Part shown: piece by piece, positions 28,501 to 38,556 of the stretch
Layout of the letters: the number at the start of each line of letters is the position of its first letter
Position numbering within the stretch: the stretch's first letter is position 1
Origin: an uncultured Gemmatimonadaceae bacterium
GTDB taxonomy: Bacteria; Gemmatimonadota; Gemmatimonadetes; Gemmatimonadales; Gemmatimonadaceae
Length of the DNA stretch: 64,000 nt
Direction of reading: 5' to 3'
Assembly (NCBI GenBank): GCA_963761305.1
Contig: CAVXGK010000001.1
Span: forward strand, 896,001-960,000
Position numbers and translations under genes: made by a program
Notes under the pieces: model-generated
The model's input: the letters and a program-made list of their open reading frames with translations, nothing else
What the model was told of the DNA's origin: nothing
The model's database searches: none

Positions 28501-29529
28501 TCATCCCCGCCGTTCGAGCGCCGCCGTCGCGATCCGCTCGTACGCACCGACCGCGGCCTGGAGCTCGTCGAGCGAAATGTGCTCGTCGTCGCGGTGCGCG
28601 ACGTGAATCGAACCCGGACCGAACAGGTACGGCGTTCCCCAGTTGCCGAGCGCGGGAATGTCCGTCGCGAATGCGGCGACGGACGTGGGGAAACCGTCCA
28701 CTACCCCGAGCCGCACCGGCGGGACGACCGGCCCCCACTCGAGCTCGGCCCGGCCCGCAACCCATTTCTCGACGATCGACTTCACGTCCGTGGGCGGCGT
28801 GACCAGACGAATCATCACCCGAGCCTCCGCCGCCGGCGCGACGACGTTGTCGGCTACGCCGCCCGTCAGGATGCCGATGTTCACCGTCGTGTCGCCAAAG
28901 AGCTCGTCGCGCGGAAAGGCGATCGCATCCACTTCGGCGAGCAGATGCACGAGATCGCGCGTCGCCGAATGGCCGAGGTGCGGATAGGCCGAGTGCGCGG
29001 CGTGGCCGCGCGTGCGAATCGTGACGCGAATCGCGCCCTTGGTGCCGACGGCGAGCGTGCTCTGTGTAGGCTCACCGTCGATCACGACGCGATTCGTCCT
29101 CGGAACGAGCCCCGACGCGATCGCCTCGTTGGCCGCGTGCGCGCCGTCGTGGGTCACCTCCTCACCGACCACGAACAGCAGGGCGATCGGCACGTGCGCG
29201 TCGCGTAGGCCCTCGGCGGCGGAGATCATCGCGGCGGCGATGCCTTTCGCGTCGCAGGCGCCGCGGCCGTGGAGCGTCCCGCCGTCGAGACGCGGCGGAA
29301 TGAACGGCGGCACGGTGTCCAGATGCGTCGTCAGCGTCACAAGGGGGGCGTCGGCGACCGTCGCGTAGACGTCGTCCCGCCCGGGGGAGACCGGAATGCG
29401 AAGGGTCCGCCAGCCATGCTCGGCGAGGTAGCGATCGAGCCAGGCGACCACCTCGCCTTCACGGCCGCTGGTCGAGTCGATTGACATCAGGCTCGTTGCC
29501 AACTGAATTGGATCACTTCGCGTAGTCAT
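28501..29529 (-). CDS. M20/ArgE-DapE family metallohydrolase
   Basis: THLDTVPP, GRGACDAKG, VGEE, GEPT, GHAAHSAYP and GPGSIHVAH. Confidence 0.9.
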   Translation of the reverse strand: MTTRSDPIQLATSLMSIDSTSGREGEVVAWLDRYLAEHGWRTLRIPVSPGRDDVYATVADAPLVTLTTHLDTVPPFIPPRLDGGTLHGRGACDAKGIAAAMISAAEGLRDAHVPIALLFVVGEEVTHDGAHAANEAIASGLVPRTNRVVIDGEPTQSTLAVGTKGAIRVTIRTRGHAAHSAYPHLGHSATRDLVHLLAEVDAIAFPRDELFGDTTVNIGILTGGVADNVVAPAAEARVMIRLVTPPTDVKSIVEKWVAGRAELEWGPVVPPVRLGVVDGFPTSVAAFATDIPALGNWGTPYLFGPGSIHVAHRDDEHISLDELQAAVGAYERIATAALERRG

Positions 29530-29581
29530 CTCGGCAAGATCGAACCGCCCTCCGACTCGCGCAACGCTCAGGAGACCCAGC

Positions 29582-32500
29582 ATGCGCTTCCCCGTCCCGC
29601 TTGTGCCGCCGCATCGTCGTTCGCTCGCCGTCGTCGTGATCGTGTGCGCCAGCAGCGTGCCCGTCGTCGCGCCGGCGCTCGGCGCCCAACGCGCGCCGGC
29701 CACTGTGCAGCAGTCGGGCGCCGCGGCGAGCGCGCCGCGCACCGACGACACCAAGCGCGCGATGACCGTGGCCGACTACGGCAAGTGGCGCTCGATTCGC
29801 GACGTCGCGATCTCCGACGACGGCACGTGGGCCTCATACGGCTATCAGCAGCGGCGGGTGGACGACACGCTCTTCTTGAAGAACCTGTCGATGCCGGCCG
29901 AGTGGATGCTGCCGCGTGCCTCGCGCCCGCAGTTTTCCGACGACTCGAAGTGGGTCGCGTACTTCGTCGCCGAGCCGCAGCGCGGCAACGCGCCCGAGAC
30001 CGAGACGCCGCCGAACGGCCCGTCGCGGATGGAGTTGAGAAATCTCGTAAACGGGGCCCTGGAGTCCTGGGACAACATCGCGTCGTTCGCGTTCTCGAAA
30101 GGCTCGGCAGCACTGACGATAAGGAAGGCACGCGCCGGCGCCGCGCCCGACGCCGCCGCCGGCGGCGGGCGAGGTGCGGCCGGCGGAGGCGCGCCGGGTG
30201 GCGGCCGCGGTGGACGTGGCGGCGCCGCACCGGTCCGGGTCGACGGAACGGATCTCATCCTGCACCACCTGCGCGACGGCGGCGATGAGCTGATCGGCAG
30301 CGTGTCGTCGGCCGAGTTCAACAAGTCCGGGACGATGCTGGCGTACACGGTGTCGGCGACCGGCCGCGACGGGAACGGCGTGTTCGTGCTGTCGACCACG
30401 AACTGGCAGCGCCGTGCGCTCGAGAACACGCGAGCCGACTACGCGCGCCTTACGTGGGACGACTCGGGGACGTCGGTCGCGGCGCTGCGCGGTTCGGATC
30501 GGCGCGGGTTCACCGAAAAGGAGAACGCGCTCATCGCATTCGTCGCGCTCGAGAGCGCGGAGCCGGCGGCGTTCGTGCTCGATCGCAAGCAGCTCTCCGG
30601 GCTGGCCGACAGCATGGTGATCAGCGAAAAGGCGCCGATCTCGTGGAGTCCCGATCACTCGAAGATCTTCGTCGGACTCAAGCCGGAGGAAGCGACGGCG
30701 CCGCGGCGCGATTCGACGGTCGCCGTCGAACCGGTCGGCAACGTCGACGTGTGGCACTGGAAGGATCCGTACATCCAGCCGGTGCAGATGGTGCGCGCGC
30801 AGCAGGATCGGAACCGGACGTTCATCGCGACGGTGTTGCTCGCGCAGAAGAAGGTCGTGCCGCTCGCCGACGATCGGATGGATCGGGTGCAGATCACGCA
30901 CGACGGCGCGTGGGGCATCGGCCAGGACGACAAGAACTACGTGGACGATTGGAAGCCGCAGCTCTCCGACTTCTACCGCGTCAACACGACGAGCGGCGAA
31001 CGCACGCCGGTGCTCAAAGGGCAGGAGCGCTCGCTCGGCCTGTCGCCCGACGGGAAATACCTCCTCTATTGGAAGGACAAGCAGGTCTGGTCGTACGACA
31101 TCGCGGCGAACAAGCACGTCGCGATCACGCAGTCGGCGCCGGTGATCTTCGTCAACGCCGAGAACGATTACGTCGGCGAGAAGCCCGCGTACGGCGTGAG
31201 CGGGTTCACGAAGGACGGCAAGTCGGTGGTGCTGGACCACAAGTATGATCTGTGGGTCGTGTCGCTCGACGGCGCGGGTGCGGCGCGCAATCTGACCAAC
31301 GGCGTCGGCACGAAGAACGAGCTGCGATTCCGTTACGTGCGTCTCGAGCCCGACGACAACGCGCCGGCATTTGGTGGATTCGGCGGCGGCGGGGGCGGCG
31401 GCGGTCGCGGCGGAGGCAACGGCGGGACGATCGATCTGGCGAAGCCGGTGCTCCTCTCGGCGTTCACCGAACAGGACAAGAAAGCCGGCTATTACCGGCT
31501 CGAAGGCGATCAGCTCACGAAGCTCGTCTACGAGGACCGCAACTTCGGCCGTCCGATCAAGGCGAAGAATGCGGACCGCGTGCTCTTCACACGCGAAACG
31601 TTCGTGGAGTTCCCCGACTACTGGGTGACGAACAGCCGATTCGAGAATCCGAAACGTCTGACCGACGCGAATCCGCAGCAAGCGCAGTTCAAGTGGGGAC
31701 ACCGGATCCTGATCGACTACAAAGACAAGGACGGCCACAAGCTGCAGGGCACGCTGGCGGTACCCGACGACTATCAGACCGGGCAGAAGCGCCCGATGCT
31801 CGTGTACTTCTACGAGAAGCTCTCCGACCAGCAGAACCACTACGAGGTTCCGCGGTACGCGTCGGCGCCGCAGTACGCGGATTACGTGAGCAACGGGTAT
31901 CTCGTGCTGCTGCCGGACATCTACTTTCACACCGGCCGCTCGCACACCGACATGTTGAATTCGGTGGAGGCGGCGGTGAAGCGCGTCGAGGATCTCGGCT
32001 ATGCGGATCCGAGGCGCGTCGGTCTCCATGGCGGCAGCTATAGCGGCCAGGGCGGCGCGTACATCTCGACGCAGTCCAAGATGTTCGCGGCGATCGCGAT
32101 TCGCGCCGCGGCCGTCGACCTCGTCGCCGACTTCAACCAGCTCTGGAAGACGACGGGCACGAATCAACACCGCTACGACACGTACGGGCAGGGACGCTTC
32201 GGCACGAACCCGTACGACAACCTACCGCTGTTCATGGATCAGTCGGCGGTGTTCCACGCGCAGTCGATGAATACACCGCTGCTCATTTTCCAGGGAACCA
32301 ACGACGGCTCGACGGAGTGGCTGCAGGGCGTCGAGTTCTACAACGCGCTTCGGTTCCTCAAGAAGCCCGTGATCTTTCTCTCCTACGAAGGAGAAGGCCA
32401 CGGTTTCACGCGCTACGACAACCAGTACGACGTCGAAGTGCGCATGCGCGAGTTCTACGATCACTACTTGAAGGACGCGCCGGCGACGGAGTGGATCGCG

Positions 32501-32659
32501 AACGGAGTGCCGTTCGTGAAGAAGAAAGCGCCGACGGGCGCGGCCGCGCAGGCGGTGCAGTTGATGGGCGGCGGCGCGGGAATCGGCACGCCGATGGCGG
32601 GCGCGGGTGGTGGCGGCGGCGGCGGCGGACAACCGCCGGCGGGGCCGCCGAACCCGTAG
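29582..32659 (+). CDS. Exported S9 (prolyl oligopeptidase family) peptidase with beta-propeller
   Basis: Signal peptide, WD/PD40-like blades and catalytic triad GGSYSG / GTNDGS / GEGHG. Confidence 0.9.
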   Translation: MRFPVPLVPPHRRSLAVVVIVCASSVPVVAPALGAQRAPATVQQSGAAASAPRTDDTKRAMTVADYGKWRSIRDVAISDDGTWASYGYQQRRVDDTLFLKNLSMPAEWMLPRASRPQFSDDSKWVAYFVAEPQRGNAPETETPPNGPSRMELRNLVNGALESWDNIASFAFSKGSAALTIRKARAGAAPDAAAGGGRGAAGGGAPGGGRGGRGGAAPVRVDGTDLILHHLRDGGDELIGSVSSAEFNKSGTMLAYTVSATGRDGNGVFVLSTTNWQRRALENTRADYARLTWDDSGTSVAALRGSDRRGFTEKENALIAFVALESAEPAAFVLDRKQLSGLADSMVISEKAPISWSPDHSKIFVGLKPEEATAPRRDSTVAVEPVGNVDVWHWKDPYIQPVQMVRAQQDRNRTFIATVLLAQKKVVPLADDRMDRVQITHDGAWGIGQDDKNYVDDWKPQLSDFYRVNTTSGERTPVLKGQERSLGLSPDGKYLLYWKDKQVWSYDIAANKHVAITQSAPVIFVNAENDYVGEKPAYGVSGFTKDGKSVVLDHKYDLWVVSLDGAGAARNLTNGVGTKNELRFRYVRLEPDDNAPAFGGFGGGGGGGGRGGGNGGTIDLAKPVLLSAFTEQDKKAGYYRLEGDQLTKLVYEDRNFGRPIKAKNADRVLFTRETFVEFPDYWVTNSRFENPKRLTDANPQQAQFKWGHRILIDYKDKDGHKLQGTLAVPDDYQTGQKRPMLVYFYEKLSDQQNHYEVPRYASAPQYADYVSNGYLVLLPDIYFHTGRSHTDMLNSVEAAVKRVEDLGYADPRRVGLHGGSYSGQGGAYISTQSKMFAAIAIRAAAVDLVADFNQLWKTTGTNQHRYDTYGQGRFGTNPYDNLPLFMDQSAVFHAQSMNTPLLIFQGTNDGSTEWLQGVEFYNALRFLKKPVIFLSYEGEGHGFTRYDNQYDVEVRMREFYDHYLKDAPATEWIANGVPFVKKKAPTGAAAQAVQLMGGGAGIGTPMAGAGGGGGGGGQPPAGPPNP

Positions 32660-32680
32660 CCAAGCGATCAACCGGACCAA

Positions 32681-32720
32681 CGACGGGCGCTCTTCGCGAG
32701 AGGAGCGCCCGTTGTGCTTT
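32681..32720 (+). terminator. Intrinsic terminator
   Basis: CGACGGGCGCTCTTC-GCGA-GAGGAGCGCCCGTTG stem with a GNRA loop, followed by a T-rich tail. Confidence 0.75.
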
Positions 32721-32737
32721 CTGTGTTTCCGTCGGGC

Positions 32738-32783
32738 TTGCGCGTCCGATTCGCTCGTCGTACGTTGTTAACCGCATGGTTAA
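32738..32783 (+). promoter_or_regulatory. Sigma70 promoter with an overlapping TetR-type operator
   Basis: TTGCGC-N17-TACGTT; the palindrome TTAACC-GCAT-GGTTAA (32768-83) spans the tetR ATG. Confidence 0.65.
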
Positions 32784-33465
32784 ACCGTCTGGTCGAACTC
32801 GAACCAAGCCGACCAAGCGCGTCGCACACACGGCGCGTGAGCTCGACCGCGACACCGAACAGCGCATCCTCGACGCCGCGCACACCGTCTTCGTCAGGCA
32901 CGGCACGGCCGGCGCGCGCATGCAGGAGATCGCCGAGGAAGCGGGCGTCAACAAAGCCCTCCTGCACTACTACTTCCGCAACAAGGCGCGCCTCGGCGAA
33001 GCGATCTTCCGCCGCGTCGCGCAGGGACTGTTTGCCCGCGTCGGCGCGATCCTCGGCGGCGCGGACAGTCTCGACGAGAAGGTGCGTCAGGTCGTCGCGA
33101 TCTACATCGACCAATTGCTGCTCACGCCGTACGCGCCCGGCTACGTGATCGGCGAGGTGAACCAACATCCCGAGCGCGCCAAACAGTTGCTCGACGCCGT
33201 CGGACAGATGCGCGCGCAGGCGATGGGCGAGCACTTCCTCGCCACCCTCGGCCGCCAGCTCGAGCAAGCGGCGCGCGACGGACGCATTCGCGCCATCTCG
33301 CTCGAGCAGTTCATCGCGAATCTCGCCTCGCTCTGCGTCTTTCCCTTCGCCGCGCGGCCGATGCTCGGCGCCGTGCTCCACCTCGACGACCGTGCCTTCG
33401 AGCGATTCATGCGCGAGCGAAAGGCCACGCTCGCCGACTTCATCCTCAACGCTCTCCGTCCATGA
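32776..33465 (+). CDS. TetR/AcrR family transcriptional regulator
   Basis: HTH ILDAAHTVFVRHG...MQEIAEEAGVNKALLHYYFRNK. Confidence 0.93.
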   Translation: MVKPSGRTRTKPTKRVAHTARELDRDTEQRILDAAHTVFVRHGTAGARMQEIAEEAGVNKALLHYYFRNKARLGEAIFRRVAQGLFARVGAILGGADSLDEKVRQVVAIYIDQLLLTPYAPGYVIGEVNQHPERAKQLLDAVGQMRAQAMGEHFLATLGRQLEQAARDGRIRAISLEQFIANLASLCVFPFAARPMLGAVLHLDDRAFERFMRERKATLADFILNALRP

Positions 33466-34799
33466 CCGGCGCCCGCTCTTCGATCGCGCTCGCGTTGCTG
33501 GCCGCGTTGCTGGCGACCGCCGTCGCCGGGGCGCAATCAGAGTGGTCCGCACCGCGCGACACCATTCGCCTGCCGGCGCTGCTCCAGCAGGCGACGATCT
33601 CCGATCCACGACAGCGCCAGTTCCAGCTGTCATCCGCCGCGACCGCGCTTCGCATCCAGAACATCGACACGGATCGCAAACCGTCGATCGCGCTGTCGGG
33701 CCAGGCGCAGTACCAGTCGTCGGTCACGACGATCGCCGTGCCGGCTCCGGTGCGCACGCTCAACATCGTCTTCCCCACGCCGCCGTACGACACGTACGAC
33801 GCCCACCTCAACGCCCAGCAGCCGCTGATCACTCCCAGCGTCGCGCCACGGCGCGTGGCGGAGCGCGCGCAGTTGGCGGAAACGCAGGCCGAACTTCGCG
33901 TCACTCTCTTCGGCCTCCGGCAGGACGTGAACGACGCCTTCTTCGGCGCGGTGCTGGCGCAGGAGCGCGAAGCGCAGATCGTCGTCACCGTCGTCGACCT
34001 CACGGCGCGATTGCGCGAGACGGCGATTCGGCTACGCGAGGGGGCGGCGCTTCCCGGCGACACGGCCGCGATCGCCGCGACGATTCTCCAGCGTCGTCAG
34101 GACCTCGCGCAGACGCATGCGGATCGGACCGCGGCTCTCGCCCGACTGTCCGAGCTCGTGCGCCAACCGATCAGCGATTCGGCCGCGCTCGTTTCACCCG
34201 ATCTCACCGCCGCGGTGACCCGCGCCGAGGCAACGGCACCGAGTGATGCGCGCGCGCGTCCCGAGTTCGCGCAGTTCGAGGCGACGCGCGCGCGTCTCGC
34301 CGCTCAGGAGGCCGTGGACGCGGCGGAGGATCGGCCGAAGATCTCGGCGTTCGGACGCGTCGGCTACGGCCGGCCCGGGCTCAACCTGCTCGCGTCGGGT
34401 TTTCAGCCGTATGCGCTCGGCGGTTTGCAGTTCGACTGGAAGCCGTGGAACTGGGGCACGACGACGCGCGATCGTCAGGAGCTCGAGCTCCAACGACAGA
34501 TCACGACGACGAACGAGCGTGCCTTCGCCGACCAGCTCGGACGCGGCGTACAGCCATATCTCGCGACGATGACGCGGCTCGACACGGCGATCGCCCTCGA
34601 CGACCGCATCGTCGCGCTGCGCGTCGAGATCGAGCGCGAGACGGCGGCCAAGCTTCGCGAGGGCGTCGTGACGGCCTCCGAATACGCCGATCGCAGCACC
34701 GACCTGCTCGCCGCGCGGCTGGCGAGCGCGCAGCACCGCGTCGAGTTGGCGCAGGCGCGGGCTGCCTATCTCACCATGCTGGGTTTGGAGATTCCGTAA
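33462..34799 (+). CDS. TolC-family outer membrane efflux protein
   Basis: Signal peptide and two-repeat helical/beta architecture; lies in an efflux operon. Confidence 0.85.
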   Translation: MTGARSSIALALLAALLATAVAGAQSEWSAPRDTIRLPALLQQATISDPRQRQFQLSSAATALRIQNIDTDRKPSIALSGQAQYQSSVTTIAVPAPVRTLNIVFPTPPYDTYDAHLNAQQPLITPSVAPRRVAERAQLAETQAELRVTLFGLRQDVNDAFFGAVLAQEREAQIVVTVVDLTARLRETAIRLREGAALPGDTAAIAATILQRRQDLAQTHADRTAALARLSELVRQPISDSAALVSPDLTAAVTRAEATAPSDARARPEFAQFEATRARLAAQEAVDAAEDRPKISAFGRVGYGRPGLNLLASGFQPYALGGLQFDWKPWNWGTTTRDRQELELQRQITTTNERAFADQLGRGVQPYLATMTRLDTAIALDDRIVALRVEIERETAAKLREGVVTASEYADRSTDLLAARLASAQHRVELAQARAAYLTMLGLEIP

Positions 34800-34800
34800 G

Positions 34801-35706
34801 ATGCGACCCATTCATCGATCGTTCGTGGCGGGCGGCGCGCTCCTCGTGACGGCAGCGTGCCAGAAAGCCTCCGGACCGGACGCGTACGGCAACGTCGAAG
34901 CGACGGAAGTCGTGGTCGGCTCGCAAACGGCCGGCCAACTCGAGTCGTTCGCGCCGATCGAGGGGCAGCAGTTGGACGCCGGCGCCGTCGTCGCCGTCGT
35001 CGACACCACGGCACTCGTGCTGCAGCTGCGTCAGGCGTCATCGGAGAGTGCGACGAGCGGCTCGCGGGTGGAGGAGGCGACGCGCCAACTCGGCGTGCTG
35101 GAGACCCAGCGCGACATCGCGCAACGTACGTACGACCGGACGCGGCGGCTGTTCACGCAACAGGCCGCGACGTCGCAGCAACTGGACCAGGCCGAGCGCG
35201 ACTACCGCACGCTGCTGGCGCAGATCGAGACGGGACACGCGCAGGTGCGCACCGCATCGCGAGACGTCGCGTCGAACGACGCGCGCGCGGCGCAGATTCG
35301 CGATCAGATCCGGCGGAGCCGCGTGGCCAACCCCGTGGGCGGTACGGTGCTCACGACGTACACGAAGCGCGGCGAGTTCGTGCAGATCGGACAGCCCCTG
35401 TACAAGATCGCGGACCTCGACACGGTCGAGCTGCGCGCCTACGTGACGGAGCCGCAGCTCGCGCAGGTGAAGCTTGGGAGTCGCGTCGAGGTCACGGTCG
35501 ACGTGGACGGCGCACGACGAACGTTGCCGGGCGTCGTGTCGTGGATCAGCTCCCAAGCGGAGTTCACGCCCACACCCATCGAGACGCGCGACGAGCGCAC
35601 GAATCTCGTTTACGCGATCAAGGTGCGCGTCGGCAATCAGGAGGCGGTGCTCAAGATCGGGATGCCGGCCGACGTGCAGTTCACCACGGTCACGGCGGCG
35701 AGATGA
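34801..35706 (+). CDS. HlyD-family periplasmic adaptor (YbhG-like), lipoprotein
   Basis: Lipobox TAAC, GNVEATEV, coiled hairpin, AEFTP...ERTNLVYAIKV and LKIGMP. Confidence 0.9.
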   Translation: MRPIHRSFVAGGALLVTAACQKASGPDAYGNVEATEVVVGSQTAGQLESFAPIEGQQLDAGAVVAVVDTTALVLQLRQASSESATSGSRVEEATRQLGVLETQRDIAQRTYDRTRRLFTQQAATSQQLDQAERDYRTLLAQIETGHAQVRTASRDVASNDARAAQIRDQIRRSRVANPVGGTVLTTYTKRGEFVQIGQPLYKIADLDTVELRAYVTEPQLAQVKLGSRVEVTVDVDGARRTLPGVVSWISSQAEFTPTPIETRDERTNLVYAIKVRVGNQEAVLKIGMPADVQFTTVTAAR

Positions 35707-36704
35707 CTTCTGGCGTGCGGGAAGCGGGGCGCGGCGAAACGCAGGCGGCCGTCGTCGTCGACCGCATCTCGAAGCGGTTCGCCGATCGCGTCGCGCTCGA
35801 CGACGTCTCGGTCCGCGTCGGCGCGGGCGAGCTGTTTGGATTCATCGGCCCGGACGGCGCCGGCAAGACGACGCTGTTCCGGATTCTCACGACGCTCATC
35901 GTCCCGGATTCGGGCACGGCTCGCGTGCTCGACGTCGACGTCGTGGAAGGGATTTGGACGTTGCGCCGGCAGATCGGCTACATGCCGGGCCGTTTCTCGC
36001 TCTATCCCGACCTGAGCGTCGAGGAGAATCTGCGCTTCTTCGCGTCGGTGTTCGGTACGACGGTGGAGCGCGAGTACGAGCAGATCGCGCCGATCTACGT
36101 GCAGCTCGAACCGTTCCGCAGGCGGCGGGCGGCGGCGCTCTCGGGCGGCATGAAGCAGAAGCTCGCGCTCTGCTGCGCGCTCGTGCATCGCCCGAACATC
36201 CTTTTCCTCGACGAGCCGACGACGGGCGTCGACGCGGTGTCGCGGCGCGAGTTCTGGGAGCTGTTGGCGAAGTTCCGCGCCGGCGGACTGACGATCCTCG
36301 TCTCGACGCCGTACATGGACGAGGCGGATCGGTGCGATCGCGTCGCGCTGATGCAGCGCGGCCGCGTGCTCGCGATCGACGCGCCGAAGACGATCACGGC
36401 GTCGTATGAGCATCCGCTGTTTGCCGTGCGCGCCGCGAATCGCTACGCGGCGCTTCGAGCGCTGCGTTCCTACGAGAACACCGCGTCGGTCTATCCGTTC
36501 GGCGAGGCGCTGCACTTCGTGGACGCGCGCCCCGACGTCACTCCGGATCGCATCGCGGCCGGCGTCGTCGACGCGTTGCGCGCCGCCGGCATCGCCGACG
36601 CCACGGCCAACCAGATCCCGGCCACGATCGAAGACGTGTTCATGGCGCGGATGGGCGCGCCCGAGGGCGAAGAAGCCGAGGCTTCGCGGGGGAACGCCGC
36701 GTGA
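35703..36704 (+). CDS. ABC transporter ATP-binding protein (YbhF N-half-like)
   Basis: GPDGAGKTT, LSGGMKQKL and LDEPTTGVD. Confidence 0.92.
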   Translation: MTSGVREAGRGETQAAVVVDRISKRFADRVALDDVSVRVGAGELFGFIGPDGAGKTTLFRILTTLIVPDSGTARVLDVDVVEGIWTLRRQIGYMPGRFSLYPDLSVEENLRFFASVFGTTVEREYEQIAPIYVQLEPFRRRRAAALSGGMKQKLALCCALVHRPNILFLDEPTTGVDAVSRREFWELLAKFRAGGLTILVSTPYMDEADRCDRVALMQRGRVLAIDAPKTITASYEHPLFAVRAANRYAALRALRSYENTASVYPFGEALHFVDARPDVTPDRIAAGVVDALRAAGIADATANQIPATIEDVFMARMGAPEGEEAEASRGNAA

Positions 36705-37456
36705 TTCAGAGCGCCGGCGCGATTCGCGCCCACAACCTCACGCGCACGTTCGGCACGTTCACCGCCGTCGACCACGTCTCATTCGACGTGAGGCCGGGTG
36801 AAGTCTTCGGCTTTCTCGGCGCGAACGGCGCCGGGAAGACGACCGCGATGCGCATGCTCACCGGTCTCCTCGCGCCATCGAGCGGCGAGGCCACCGTTGC
36901 CGGCTTCGACGTCGCGACGCAGAGCGAAGCGATCAAGCAGAACATCGGCTACATGAGCCAGCGCTTCTCGCTCTACGACGACCTCACCGTGCGGGAGAAC
37001 ATCCGCTTGTACGGCGGCATCTACGATCTCACTCCGTCCGACCTCCGGGATCGCACGGCACGCATCCTCGACCGCCTCGGACTTGCTCGGGCCCGGAACG
37101 AGTTGGTGCGCGCGATCCCACTCGGCTGGAAACAGAAGCTCGCATTCTCCGTCGCGCTGCTGCACCAACCGAAGGTCGTGTTCCTCGACGAGCCGACGAG
37201 CGGCGTCGATCCGGTCACGCGCCGCCAGTTCTGGGAGCTGATCTACGAGGCCGCGCACGCCGGCACGACGGTGCTCGCCACCACGCACTACATGGACGAA
37301 GCCGAGTACTGCGATCGCATCTCGATCATGGTCGCGGGACGCATCGAGGCGATGGGCGCGCCGGCCGATCTCAAACGCCAGGCGAGCGTCTCGTCGATCG
37401 ACGAGCTGTTCGTGCGTCTCGCGCGTCCGACCGCCGAATCGGGGGCGTCGTCATGA
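36701..37456 (+). CDS. ABC transporter ATP-binding protein (YbhF C-half-like)
   Basis: GANGAGKTT, IPLGWKQKL, LDEPTSGVD and THYMDEAEYC. Confidence 0.92.
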   Translation: MIQSAGAIRAHNLTRTFGTFTAVDHVSFDVRPGEVFGFLGANGAGKTTAMRMLTGLLAPSSGEATVAGFDVATQSEAIKQNIGYMSQRFSLYDDLTVRENIRLYGGIYDLTPSDLRDRTARILDRLGLARARNELVRAIPLGWKQKLAFSVALLHQPKVVFLDEPTSGVDPVTRRQFWELIYEAAHAGTTVLATTHYMDEAEYCDRISIMVAGRIEAMGAPADLKRQASVSSIDELFVRLARPTAESGASS

Positions 37457-38556
37457 AGGCGCTCTGGGGGCTGCTGCGAAAAGAGACGTACCACATCCTG
37501 CGCGATCGCCGCACGCTCGCCGTGCTGATCTTCATGCCGATCGTACAGGTCATTCTGTTCGGCTTCTCGATTCGCACGGACGTGAGCGACGTCCGCTTGG
37601 CGATCGTCGACCCGTCGCCTGACGCGGCGACGTTGGCGATTCGCGACCGATTCAACGCCAGCGGCGTGTTCCGCACCGTCGCGGTCGCGGCCAGGGCGCA
37701 CGACGTCGAGCCGCTGTTCAAGTCCGACTCGGCGCAGGTGGCGATCCAATTTGAGCCCGACTTCGCGCGTCGGCTGGCGTCGGGACAACCGGCGCAGATC
37801 CTCGTCACGACGGACGCCACCGAGCCCAACTCGGGAACGTCGCGCCTGTTTTACGTCAACGCCGTTCTCCAGAGCTACGAGGCCGAGCAAACGCGGGGTG
37901 CCGGCGCCATCCAGATCGTTCCGCAGGCGCGATCGCGATACAATCCGACGCGCGAGAGCACGAACCTCTTCGTGCCCGGACTGATGGCGATGGTGCTGAT
38001 GATCATCGCGGCGCTCATGACCGCGCTCTCGATTACGCGCGAGAAAGAGACGGGGACGATGGAAGCGCTACTCGTGTCGCCGCTGCGGCCGTGGCAGATC
38101 ATCATCGGCAAGGTCGCGCCGTATCTCGGCATCGGCTTCCTGAGCGTTCTCGCGGTGCTCGGTGTCTCGCGACTCGTGTTCCGTGTGCCGATGGCGGGGA
38201 GCCTGACGCTGCTCCTCGCGCAAGGCACGCTCTTCATCCTGGTCGCGCTGGCGCTCGGCATTCTCGTCTCGGCGCGGACGTCGTCGCAGCGCGTGGCAAT
38301 GCTGGGGGCGTTGATGGGCACGATGCTTCCCACGCAGATGCTGTCCGGTTTCGTTTTTCCGATCGAGAGCATGCCCACGGTGCTCCAGTGGGTCACGTTC
38401 ATCGTGCCGGCGCGCTGGTTCGTCACCATCGTGCGCGGCATCATGCTCAAGGGCGTCGGCCTGGAGTACTTGTGGCGAGAGACGCTGGTGCTCGCCGCCA
38501 TGGCCCTCGCGCTACTCCTCGCCAGCGCGAAGTCGTTCAAGGTGCGGCTGCAATGA
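37453..38556 (+). CDS. ABC-2 type permease (YbhS-like)
   Basis: KETYHILRD, YNP, REKETGTMEALLVSP and LSGFVFPIESMP. Confidence 0.92.
   Translation: MKALWGLLRKETYHILRDRRTLAVLIFMPIVQVILFGFSIRTDVSDVRLAIVDPSPDAATLAIRDRFNASGVFRTVAVAARAHDVEPLFKSDSAQVAIQFEPDFARRLASGQPAQILVTTDATEPNSGTSRLFYVNAVLQSYEAEQTRGAGAIQIVPQARSRYNPTRESTNLFVPGLMAMVLMIIAALMTALSITREKETGTMEALLVSPLRPWQIIIGKVAPYLGIGFLSVLAVLGVSRLVFRVPMAGSLTLLLAQGTLFILVALALGILVSARTSSQRVAMLGALMGTMLPTQMLSGFVFPIESMPTVLQWVTFIVPARWFVTIVRGIMLKGVGLEYLWRETLVLAAMALALLLASAKSFKVRLQ

Noticed and set aside
29834..32170. Long antisense ORFs (also 40870-42840, 37875-39755, 59875-62064 and others)
   Set aside because: These are typical stop-poor shadows of real genes in high-GC DNA, with no recognisable motifs.
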